From: Chrysemys picta bellii | Taxonomy: Eukaryota | Assembly (NCBI RefSeq): GCF_011386835.1 | Contig: NC_088794.1 | Location: 148,118,001 to 148,182,000 of the forward strand | Reading direction: 5' to 3' | Length of the DNA: 64,000 nt | Part shown: one piece after another, positions 14,101 to 26,000 of the stretch | Numbering within the stretch: the first letter of the stretch is position 1 | Layout of the letters: the number at the start of each line of letters is the position of its first letter | Program-made: the position numbers and the translations under genes | The notes under the pieces: model-generated | What the model saw: only the letters and a program-made list of their open reading frames with translations | Databases searched by the model: none | What the model was told of the DNA's origin: nothing

Positions 14101-17100
14101 GTGCTGTGGGAGTGGAAGCATAGAGATGGCGATGCTGTGCCAGGGCCTTACCCATTTGCCGTGTGACGGTGGGATGGAGGGGGCTGGCTGGCTGCTGGTC
14201 ATTTATGTGACCATGGAAAACCCGCTCCCGCAGGGGAAGACACTTTCCTTGTAGGGAGCTGTTGTCGGGCCTATTCCTTTGAATGGCAGATGGGCCAGGG
14301 CTGGGCCTCTCTCGCTGCTGTGCCCAATGCTCTGATGAGCCCGCCTACAATGGCGTGTAGCCGATCTGCCACTGCCAGCAGCAAATATCTCCAACGACAC
14401 TAGACGGGGAGGGCTCCGAGTGACTACAGAGAAATCTTTCCTGGGTGTCTGGCTGGGGGGTCTCGCCCACAGGCTCAGGGTCTAACTCAGGGGAGGGCAA
14501 ACTATGGCCCACAGGCCGGATCCGGCCCATCAGGGCTTTCAATCTGGCCTGCGGGGTTGCCAGCCCCGTGGCGCAGAAGGGCTAAGGCAGGCTCCCTGCC
14601 TGTCCTAGTCCCGCACCGTTCCCGGAAGCGGCCAGCACCACATCCCTGCAGCCCCTGGGGCACAGGGCTCCGTGCGCTGCCCTCGCCTGCAGGCACTGCC
14701 CCCCGCAGCTCCCATTGGCTGGGAACGGGGAACCGCGGCCAATGGGAGCTTGGGGATGGTATCTGCAGGCAAGGGCCATGCGCGGAGGAGCCGCCTGCCC
14801 CACCCCACCCCCACAAGCCACTGTCGGACATGCTGGCTGCTTCTGGGAGTGGCGTGGGGCCAGGGCAGGCAGGGGGCCTGCCTTAGCCCTGTTGCGCGCT
14901 GTTGCCAGCCCGGAGCCGCTTGAGGTAAGTGGCACCGAGCCAGAGCCCACACCCCCAACCCCTTGTGCACCCTGCCCCCCAGCCCCCTGCCCTGAGCCCC
15001 CCAACCTCTTGCCCTGAGCCCCCTCCCGCACTCCGCACCCCTCCTGCACCGCAACCGTCTGCCCCAGCAGTACATTCATGGCCCTGCATGCAATTTCCCC
15101 ACCCAGATGAGGCCCTCGGGGTTTGCCCACCCCTGTGGTCGCCAGATTTGGGGTCAGGAAGGAATTTCCCCCAGGTCAGATTGGCAGAGACCCTGGGGAT
15201 TTTCGCTTCCCTCTGCAGCGTGGGGCACGAGTCACTTGCAGGTTTAAACTAGTGTAAACGGTGGATTCTCTGTATCTTGAAGTCTTTAAACCATGATTTG
15301 AGCCAGGGGCTAGGGGTCTGTTCCAGGAGTGGGTGAGGTTCCGTGGCCTGCAACCTGCAGGAGGGCAGACTAGATGATCACGATGGCCCCTTCTGGCCTT
15401 AAAGTTTAGGAGTTGGAGAGAGCAGCTCCAGGCCACTCACAATCCTCGTGTCATGTCGTTCCCTTTCCAGCAATCCCCCCACCGTCCAACCCCTGCGAAG
15501 ACGGCAGCCACACCTGTGCTTCGGCAGACCGCGCCCGCTGCGTTCACCATGGAGGTGGCTCGTTCAGCTGCGTGTGCCTCGCGGGTTATACGGGCAACGG
15601 GCATAATTGCTCTGGTATGTACACTCAGACTGGCCTGGCTGGGTTCCCCACCTCCCTGTCTCCCTCTGGAGTGCTTCCCTGGCAGGACCCCGTTCTCTGC
15701 TTGGACCGCTGGGAGGAGATGCCAGTTTGGGTTGGTGATGACACACTGCAAAATCCGGATCTGGACTCAATGTTCAGGGGGTGTTGGCATGGCCCCGTTC
15801 CAAAGAGAAAGGCCATTTGCAAAATTCAGCCGCATCTCTGGGTTCAGATTTTGAACCCCCCTAGAGGCCGGGGTCCTTTGGAGCTGAGGGGCTGTTCTGG
15901 GCCCATCTCTACATTGACTTAACCCCATGTTAGCCTGAAGTCCCCAGGCATGTCCTGGCTCTTCTTGGGCTACAGAACGTACCGCCTGGGCAGGAGGAGG
16001 CAGGGTTACTGCGAGCCTTATGCCTGCTGGATTTTCCTGGCCCAGGACTATGCCCATTGATGCCAGCGGGCATTGGGCCAGTGTCTTCAGCAGGTGCAGG
16101 ACTGGATTCTCCTCTAGCCTCAGGACTGGGTTGTGACTTCAGACCCAGAATCCTCTTCTGCCTCTTCATTGCCCCCTGGGGAGAGGCGTGGGGGTGGGGT
16201 AGCGATTGGCTGCTGGCTTGGACCAGGAGTAAATTATGGCAACCCCTCCCCTCCCCCTCCCCCCATGCCGACTCCGCTGTGCTGGCCCGTCAGTGGGGGG
16301 GATGAGCCAAGGCCCAGCCCACTCCCCGTCCCCCTGCTCCAGGGATGGAGCAAATGGGCGCTTAGTCCAGTCTCTTCCTGTGCCCGAGGGCTGGAGAGCC
16401 AGCGTAAGGAGGGATGCATGGTCCAGGGTCTGAACTCATGCATTCCTCTCCACGAGCCCCTGCAGAACATGGCCCGAGAGTCTGGTACGCCTGGCTCAGC
16501 ACGGGCTGCCGTGACGTGCATCACCACAGCCAGCCGTCGAGGTGATCGGTTTCTGCGGCATGGAGGGTTTGCAACCTGTTGAGCGAGTCCACCCCTCGAG
16601 GCTCTGGTGATGCTCCAGCCGGGGCCGTGGACAGCCAAACCACTTCCTGCCGAAGAGGGCAAGCAGCCTCTTGGCAGAGGCCCTGAACATCCTTTGGGGG
16701 GGGGAGAGGGCTTCTCCTCCCCTCCCCCTAAGCGCTGTCCTGCTCCACATCTGTATTTACAATGCCGAATACGTTCACTGCCTTGCTGCAGCTGGTGGTG
16801 CTGCTGGGGCAGCGAGAGCAGGGCCGACGGGTGCGCCGTGGGCTAGCCGTAATGGATGGGCAGAGTGACCTCGTGTGGGAATCCAAACGCTCACACGTGC
16901 GTTGCACTTCCCGTCCCGGGGTACTGCTCTAACACGACTAGCACAAAGGAGGCCCTAGGCCGTAGCTAGATTCCTAGACGCCGTGGAAACCGATGGACCG
17001 GACCGCTGGCCTGATTTTGTGCTGGGGACAATCAACAGCAACAGCGTTGGTCAATTTCAATAGGTTCTTAAGAGCGGGTTGCTCTCTGTGGGGTCAAGGG

Positions 17101-20100
17101 AGTCAGTCCCCCCCCCCTCCCTCCACACTACCTGGAGCTTGGGTCTGGGGATAAGCAGGAGTGCCCCTCGCTCGCTGCCTCCCCCGAGTGGGGGAGTGGG
17201 AAACCGACTGAGCCCGGGCTCTGCCACGGCACCCCTGAGCCTGCCCCTGGGGTGGGGTGGGGGTGGGTTAGACCAGCTGTGAACTACTACCTTGTGGGAT
17301 ACTCCTGGTAGGGGGCGGAAGTGTGTGTGTGTGGGGTGGGGGGGACGACACAGCTATGTATCACTATAGGCTGGGTGCGGGAATCTAGCCATCACCACTA
17401 TTATTATTATTATTTATGTTGCAGTAACAACTAGCAGTCTCCACTGAGATCTGGGCCCCCCTGTGCCCGGAGCTGTACAGCCCCCTAGTGAGCGACCGCC
17501 GCTGTTCCAAATGGCTCGGTCGTGCGTTTCCGTACGTGTTAGCACAAGGGTGGGCGTCAGGGTGGAGCTTTATTATGTAGCAGAATTTCTGTTCCCACCA
17601 ACATAACTGCCCAGAAGTGTCTTGCCATGAAGCAGGCCATGAGGGTCAGTTCTTTATCTCCACCCTTCCCGCTCCAGCCCCCGCCAAGCAAACCGGCCTC
17701 ACCCAAGTTGCTAGATGGGCTTGGACACACGCTTCTGGCCTGATCTTTGCACAGCGCAGCAGTCGCGTGGGATGGCGTTGGGAGCACAATTTCATCGCCG
17801 CCTGTAACGTTTTGCTGCCTCGTGGAAGGGAGCGATGGTGCACGGTGCAGCCCAGACCCGGCCCAGATCTTGGCCCTGAGCGCAGGAAACACGTGCTGTG
17901 GTGCGCTCGCCCTTCTGGAGCCCCGCCATGGCACTGCGACTGAGCAGAGAAGGGCGGGGGCCAGAACCTGGGTGGTTACTCTGCTGCTCCGAGGGTTCCA
18001 GGCCCTGCAGGAGGGGGGCACTCCAGAGCGGTGGGTGAGGAGTGGGTGAGGGTGAGGAGGCCTGGGAGGATTGTGATGATTGGAGGCTGTAGGCAGTTCT
18101 TAGTGGGACCCACTGGCTACTAGAGCTGATAGGTCCTAGTGCCTGGAGCACTTTCCTCGCCGGCCTCTCAGTCTGGCCCAGCGTGCGCCAGCAACCCCAC
18201 GCGGGTGAGAGCTGCAGCGACCCCAGTGCGTTCCGTGAGAGAGACTGGAGGGAAAGGGATTCGGGCCCTGCTGTTGATGTGTATCCTGAATCCCCTGGGC
18301 TAGGGGAAGGGGGCACTCTGCGTGCAGGAGCTGGTGCTGTGGCGTAGGGGCCAGCCCTGAGTCATCTGGACGAGCGGTGCCAGGCGAGGCTGGTTCTGTC
18401 CCCTCAGTGCCCTGTGCTCCAGCCTGCCACGGTGGTGGGTGACCGAAAAGCAGAGTGTGGTAGTGAGGACTCAGGCCCCACGCTCCGTGGCAGCCAGATT
18501 CCGGGCGCTGGCCACGCTTATTGTAAGGATTTGATCAGGCTGGGTGGCTGCACTGACCATCCCTGGCTCCGGCTGGCTGCTTTCGCCTTCTCACAGAAGT
18601 TCAGTGCAGCCCGCGGGTGCTGTGCCGTAGCTACGCTGCGCCTCTAGCACCTTGGAGCAAGAGCCAGCTTGGCTTCTCGCCACCACTGAGAATCTCTCCT
18701 TTGCTTTCATCCTCCCGCAGTGGCCGAGCACAGAGTGAGCCCTGTGGCCACAGCGGCCAAGTGGTTTCCCAGCCTGGCGGCCCGCCCGCAGGCAGGTTAG
18801 AATCAGAATCATAGGAGATTAGGGTTGGAAGGGACCTCAGGAGGTCATCTAGTCCAAGCCCCTGCTCTCAACTAAATCATCCCAGCCAGGGCTTTGTCAA
18901 GCCGGGCCTTAAAAACCTCTAAGGATGGAGAGTCCACCATCTCCCTAGGTAACCCATTCCTGTGCTTCACCATCCTCCTAGTGAAATAGTGTTTCCTAAT
19001 ATCCAACCTAGACCTCTCCCACTGCAACTTGAGACCATTGCTCCTTGTTCTGTCATCTGCCACCACTGAGAACAGCCGAGCTCCATCCTCTTTGGACCCC
19101 CCTTTCAGGTAGTTGAAGGCTGCTATCAAATCCCCCCTCATTCTTCTCTTCTGCAGACTAAATAATCCCAGTTCCCTCAGCCTCTCCTCGTAAGTCATGT
19201 GCCTCAAGCCCCTGATCATTTTCGTTGTCCTCCGCTGGACTCTCTCCAATGTGTGCACATCCCTTCTGTAGTGTGGGGCCCAAAACACGTTCGCACTCTG
19301 GCGACTGCGCCTGGGTAACGAACATGTTCCTCTCCCTTCCGCAGATGTGGATGAATGCGCCGAAGGCAGATGTCACCAAGCCGCCGCGTGCTACAACACG
19401 CCCGGCTCCTTTTCGTGCCGCTGTAAACCAGGCTACCAAGGGGATGGCTTCCACTGCACACCTGGTAAGGGATCACGGGCTGAAGGCCTGATGCAGTGTG
19501 AACGTCAGGACTGGCCCATGCTTCTGCTGCCCATCATGTAAACGCTGCTAGCGTGGGAGGTGTGTGACTGCTCCACCGGGGGGAGGCTGTGTGCGCCCAG
19601 ACTGTGGCGCCGCCCCGAGGCCCGTCCCCATTCAGCCTCCTCCCCCCAAAGCCCCACCCACACTCCGTCACCCCGTCCGCCACTCCTGCCTCTTCACCCC
19701 CTCTCCTGGCCTTCCCGGCTGCTCACCGCTCGCACGTGCCTCTTCACCCCATCCCGTGAGGCCCCCATGTGGGCAGAGCCTCCGGGGAAGAGGACGATTG
19801 GGGGCGGGGCCACGGCCAGAGTGCCCACTCTTTTGGTGGCAGCACTCTCCGAAGGCCGCGGGCCGGCTGTTTGGAGAGGCTCCGCCTCCCCTGGCCTCTT
19901 ATACCCACCGCCAGGGACTGTTAGCCTTGTCTTGCTTCCCTTGTGCCGCCTGTTTGTGTACAGGAACTCCTCGCTTAACGTTGTAGTTGTTCCCAAAAAA
20001 TGCGACTTTAAGTGAAACGACGTTCAGCGAATCCAATTTCCCCATAAGAATTAATGTAAACTGGGGGGTTAGTTTCCAGGGAAATTTTTTTCACCAGACA

Positions 20101-20106
20101 AAAGAC

Positions 20107-20155
<49 letters not shown>

Positions 20156-22969
20156 TAAGTTTTAAACAAACATTTTAAGACTGTGCACAGCAATGATGAT
20201 TGTGAAGCATGGTTGAGGAGGTGAAGTCAGAGGGTGGAAGAGGGAGGGCTATTTCCCAGGGAATGCCTTACTGCTAAATGATGAACTAGCGCTCGGCTGA
20301 GCCCTCAAGGGTTAACACGTTGTTGTTAATGTAGCCTCACACTCTACAAGGCAGCACGGATGTAGGGGGAGGAGACAGCATGGCAGAGAGAGACATACAC
20401 ACACATCCCGTGTGTGTTAGAGACGTGCATTGCCCCTTTAAGTACGCTGACCCCACTCTAAGTACATTGCCTTTTTAAGTAGATCAGCAAGTTGAGACAG
20501 AAGCTGCTGCCAGGAAGCTCCCTCTGTCCTGAGCCCTGTCGTGCTCCCCCTCCCCTATGCAGATGGAGTAAGCAGGGGGGAGGGGGACACCCTGACATTA
20601 GCCCCCCTCTTTCTCTCCTCCCCCACACAGCAAGCAGGAGGCTCCCAAGAGGGCAGGAGGAGCACATGGCAGTGGGGGGAGGGACAGCTGAACTGCCGGC
20701 AATTGATAGCCTGCTGGCCGGCTGCCACACGGGTTGCTGATGGGGGGGCTACCAGTCCACCCTGGTTACTAGCCCCCACCAGCGAGCTCCAACGGGCTGC
20801 TCTTTCTGCAAGCAGTGGATAAAGCAGGCGGCTGCCAAATAACGTTATAAGGGAGCATTGGGCAACTTTAAATGAGCAGGTTCCCTAATTGGTCAGCAGC
20901 GTAACAACGAAACAGCGTTAACCGAGCCTAGTTCTCTTAGCTGAGCACACTGGCAACACGTGGACCATGCTCCCCTTTCTACTGACTGCTCCACTAGGGG
21001 ATAATTGCCTACTGCTGCTACCAGAGGTGCGCCATTAGCTCAAATGGTAGAGGCCCTGCTGAAGGGCCCAGGGTCAAACCCTGCTGATGCTGGGCAGAAC
21101 AATGATTGAGTACGGTACTTTAACGGGCGGATTATAATTTATAGCACCATTCACTGGCGTCTGTACATGGCCAGAGCTTATCTGCCTGGTTTGGCCAGTG
21201 TTCGCCATGGGGGCGCAATATGAAAACAAATACCCAAAACCAAATTTGCCCCTTCAAAATGTGGGCCAGTAAAGGAAACTGGATTGCAAGGTGGGGAAGG
21301 GGAGTGGCGTCTAGTGGTTAGAGCAAGGGAGCAGCAGTTTTGACTCATGGGGTCTATTCCTGACTCTGCCTCGGCCGATCAACCGACCACTCTGCGACTC
21401 AGTTTACCAGCCTATAGAAAGGGACTTATACTATTTGCCTCCCGTGCAAAGGTGCCTGAGGCTGCAGCACCGCAGTGAACGAACTGAGAGAGGCCGGAAT
21501 GAAAGACTGTCCACATGGGCAGCGGGGAGACTAGTCCTCGGCCCCGCCCCTTCAGCCTGAGGCCCCACCCTTTCCACCCCTCCCCTACCTGAGCCCCCCC
21601 ACCGCAACCGGAGGAGCCCCGCCCCAGCCGCCCTGAGTCCCGGCCCACCAGCCGGCCCGGAGTGCTGGCCGGCCCCGGCCCCAAGCACCGGCCCCAGCCT
21701 CCCCGAATCCCAGGCTGCCGGCCCACCCCAGCCCCTGCCCACTTCGTGGAGGGGGAGGGGGGACAGTGGAGCAGCCTGGGCTGGGGCCACAGGGGAAGAG
21801 CGGGAGGCAGGAGGGGGTCTCGGCGTGGGGCATGGGCGGGGCCACGCCTGCTTGGGGAGACGTGGCCTCCCCTGGCCTGGGATACCCGCCGCCCGTGGCT
21901 GTCCACGTGTGTTTGATTTTACCTCGGCGTAACCCCTGTTTTGTTGCTGTGTCTGCTGCTCACTGTCGCGTGCCTGCGGGCAGAAACCGCCCATCGCCTG
22001 ACGCCGTGTGAACAGGAGCGCCTCTATCCACAGCCCGCCCATGGGCTTCGAGGGGTTTCGGCCCACCCGGGGCTGCACAGACCCCAGTGCGACGACGAGG
22101 GGAACTACAGGCCGCTACAGTGCCACAGCAGCACCGGCTTTTGCTGGTGTGTGGATGGAGCCGGGCAGGAGATCGCTGGGAGCAGACGCTCACCGGGCAG
22201 CGCCCCGCCGCGCTGCAGGACATCAGGTGAGTGAGCCCTGCCCTCCTGAGGCTGCCGTGGGAACTGCCGTGGGCTGCCGTCGGCCCTTCGCTGATCGAAC
22301 ACAGGTATCCATGAACCCTGCTTTTCCTCATGCACAGCCAGTGTAAAATGCACCCGAGTTCCTGAGTGCTACATAGCCCCTGCCCTGGGCACCTCCACCT
22401 GCCCCACGGGGCGTGGAAATGGGAGATGGAGCTGTGGGTAGATGAGCCCTTGCGTTGAGGCTTTGAACCCTGTTCCTTCCCCCTCCGCCACACACACTTG
22501 CTGGCAGTGGGGCCAGGGCACTGGATTGGGCTCCAGGTGCCGTGGAGTCTATTTCCAGCTCTGCCAGTGAGCTGGCGTAAGTCACTTTGCCACTTTAGAT
22601 TGGAAGCTCTCTGGGGCAGGGACGGTCTCGCCCTAGGTATTTGTACAGCGCCTAGCACACTGGAGCCTCTACTTGCTGTTGTCATGATACACCAGAGCTG
22701 TGGGTGCACCGCACCTCTCAGCATCAGGCCCATAGCAGCAGGTGTATTAAGGTCCCTCTGATGAGCACGAACATAGCTTGTTACTAATCTGCCTGCTGAG
22801 TAAGGCAAAGTACATGGGGCAGGTGTTAGGTTCACTCCCTCTGGGGCGCCTGACATTGGCCACTGTTGGTAGACAGGATGCTGGGCTGGATGGACCTTTG
22901 GTCTGCCCCAGTACGGCCGTTCTTATGTTCTTAGGGCTTGTCCCATGATGGAACAAGCGCGCGCACACA

Positions 22970-23006
<37 letters not shown>

Positions 23007-26000
23007 GCCCTGCTGCAGGCCAAGCAGGCTGGAGGCACTGCGGCACCTGACTCCCGTTGAAATCTCTGGACGTTAAGCACCTAAATCCCTTGCAGGCACT
23101 GAGCCTCACCCCCTGCTGCTTTGGGGGAGGAAAATGGTCCCTGAGAAGCTTCCCAAATCAATGTGACCTTTTCTGTTTCGTCTCCCCTGAGAGCTCCCAG
23201 CCCCACAAATCAGCCTTTTCTCGTACCTGACCCTGAGCTGAAGGCAAAGGCACTTCCTAGGGAGGCTGTGAGATGCCCAGTGCTCACGCCGGGGGTCAGG
23301 GCTGCATTGCTACAAAAGGGATTTATTTCTCCATTCTCCCTTCCGCTCCCGTCCCATCGCCGTGCTCGCTGGCTGGGTCTATTTTGCCCTTCTGGGCACA
23401 CGATCAGGGGTGGCTCAGCTTAAGAGCAGCGTCCCCCATTTCCAAATAGCACTGAGCTCGGTGGTGCCAAGAGCTGTTGGAACAGAAACCACCCCCCTCT
23501 AGCAGTAAGGTTATAGCCTTTGCTTAGGAAAGTCTTTAAGCAAGAGTTCCCACTGGGTTCTGTATGAAACAGGCGGACGTTCTCCAGGGCTTATCATTGG
23601 CTCAGACAGTTTCCAGGGCCCGGAGCCAAATAGCCCATTCCTGTAATTGACCCTGCTTCTCTCCTCATCTTCGCTTTACTGTAGTAAATGCCACCAGCTC
23701 TTTTAATGGAGACTGATTGGCATTGGCCTGGTTCGAATGAGCTGGGCTGGGAACAACGGGTAACTCCTTAAAGGGACACCATCCCATTGAAAGCTATTCT
23801 AAACCAGCCCGAGCGTGCGTTAGCTGCCTGCACGTTTTCCATTCAGATCTATAGGCTGTTCTATTTGAATTATTTGGGGCGCTAACGTTTTTTTTAGCGT
23901 CATTGATGGGCCTGGTGCCGGAAAACCGGCGAGCCTTGCAAGGTGGAGCTTGTGCTTAGGGCTTGGGCGTGTTGTAAGCAGATTCTGGCCGTGCTCCCAT
24001 CAGAACCTCTCACCCTTCGCTGTAGAGCCCACCCAGAGACCGCAGACCATGTGTGAACGCTGGCGGCAAAGCCTCCTGGAGCACTACGGTGGCAGGCCAC
24101 GCGAAGACCAGTACGTACCCCAGTGTGATGCTCTGGGCAACTTTAACCCACTGCAGTGCCATGGCAACAGTGGCTATTGTTGGTGCGTGGATGAAAGTGG
24201 CAGAGAGGTTCAAGGAACGAGATCGGAACCTGGCGTTCCCCCGCCGTGTGAGTACACAGTGATTTGCTGGAGAGGAACTGGGTATGAAACAAAAGGCTTG
24301 TTAGGGTGAGGGGAAACGGTCACGCTGCTAGACTAATGCTCAGAGATTCACAGCCAAGGGTCTGTACACAGAGGATATAACTAATTAGGGTCCTGATCCT
24401 GCAATGGGATCCAGATGTCTGTGCAGCTCCAAGTGCAAGATCAGGCCCTAAATCAATACACAAGAAGCTGAATTGTAATCCATCTCGCCCCGATTCCAGT
24501 GCGGTAGATTTCAAAAGGGTGGGAGCGGAGGAAGAACTCGGTGCAGCTTGAAAGCTGGTCTCTCTCTCACCAAGAGAAGTGGGTCCAATAAAAGATATGA
24601 CGTCACCCACCTTGTCTCTCTGCATGTGTGTGCACTTGCCCACACACAGTCTTAGAGCTGGGTGGAAAATTCCCATCCAAAGTTTTGACAAAAAAATGGT
24701 GGTGGAGCGAGGGGCAAAAGAGATTATACACCTCCCCACCCCCCCACACATACTTTTCCAACTTGAACTCTGGTCAGAACACCTGATCTTCCCCTTCGAG
24801 AGGTCACTGCACCTTTAAAGTCTCTCCACGCGAGGTCAGGCAGGAATGTAATCTTTGTGTTTGACTGACAGGTCTCCCCAGCCTTGCTCCTCCCACTGTC
24901 CAGCCCTCTCCGCGTCCTGATGTGACTCCGCCGGCTGCGGGCACCTTCCTGCTGTATGCTCAGGGACAGCAAATCGGCTATTTACCGCTGAACGGCACAA
25001 GGCTTCAGAAAGAGATGGCAAAGACCCTGCTCTCACTGCATGTAAAGTATCTTCTTCAGAATGCGTTGCGTCTAGCAGCCCAGGGTTTAAAGGGTGCACC
25101 GTATGTAGTGACAAGTCTATATAGAGTCTTTGCCTTGGGAGATGAGCTGTCTGTATAAGGAACGTATATGTATGTAACACCAGTGCTTGGGTGGGGTGGG
25201 GGGGAATTAAATAAGTTAAAAACAGACCCAGCTCTCTTGCCAAAACTGTAGCAGGCTAATCAATCGCGCCTAGCCCCCACCAGAGGGAGACAGAGCACGA
25301 CACCAGGCGGACATGGCTTATACACTCCACCTGGCCAGGGAAACACATCTTGAGCTTGAGGTTTCCCAGTTCAGTTCCCTGTACAGGCCACCACTTGTCT
25401 TACCACGCCCCGGCTGCGTTGTCAGAGCCGGGACTGAACCTCTGGCTTTGAATGTATGTGCTGCTACTTCCTGAGTTGGTTTGAGCATAGGCCTGCTAAA
25501 CCCAAGGTTGTGAGTTCAATCCTTGAGGGGGCCATTTAGGGATCTGGGGCAAAAATCTGTCTGGGGATTGGCCCTGCTTTGAGCAGGGGGTTGGACTAGA
25601 TGACCTCCTGAGGTCCCTTCCAACCCTGACATTCTATGAGTTGAAAGACTCAGGTCTTGTAGACAAGGCTGTAGTAGACTCATCGACCTTGATGTGGCAC
25701 AGCCCCCACTGGAGGGGGACAAAGCACCTCACCCAGTGGGCATGGCTTGCGTATCAGGATAATATTTTCAGTTTTGTCGTCTCTCTTCTCTTTCTCCAGA
25801 CGATAAAATAAAATGGGACTCGGAGGTGGTGTGGTTTTCGGGCTAAGTAGGAGATTGAATCATTAGTATAGTTGAGAGCAGAGGGTAATGTCCTATCGAG
25901 CTTTTGCTTCAGATACTCCATTGAGAAAGTCTTTGAACCTTTGAACCTTCCCACAGCCCCTTCTCCTTTTATATCTTTTCTCCCTCCCCCGCCCCCACTT

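Noticed and set aside
16792-16830. 39-nt phase-1 micro-exon candidate ([13 protein letters not shown])
   Set aside because: Weak donor (gtgcgc) and modest acceptor; expected by chance
18172-18204. 33-nt phase-1 micro-exon candidate ([11 protein letters not shown])
   Set aside because: Plausible sites but no homology support; one in three random exon-like segments preserve frame
21031-21086. tRNA-like sequence (tagctcaaatggtagag...gggtcaaaccc)
   Set aside because: No acceptor stem and a degenerate B box; SINE-head remnant rather than a tRNA gene
21960-22856. 298-aa minus-strand ORF
   Set aside because: Antisense to a NID2 exon and GC-rich intron; no recognisable domain, no splice or promoter support
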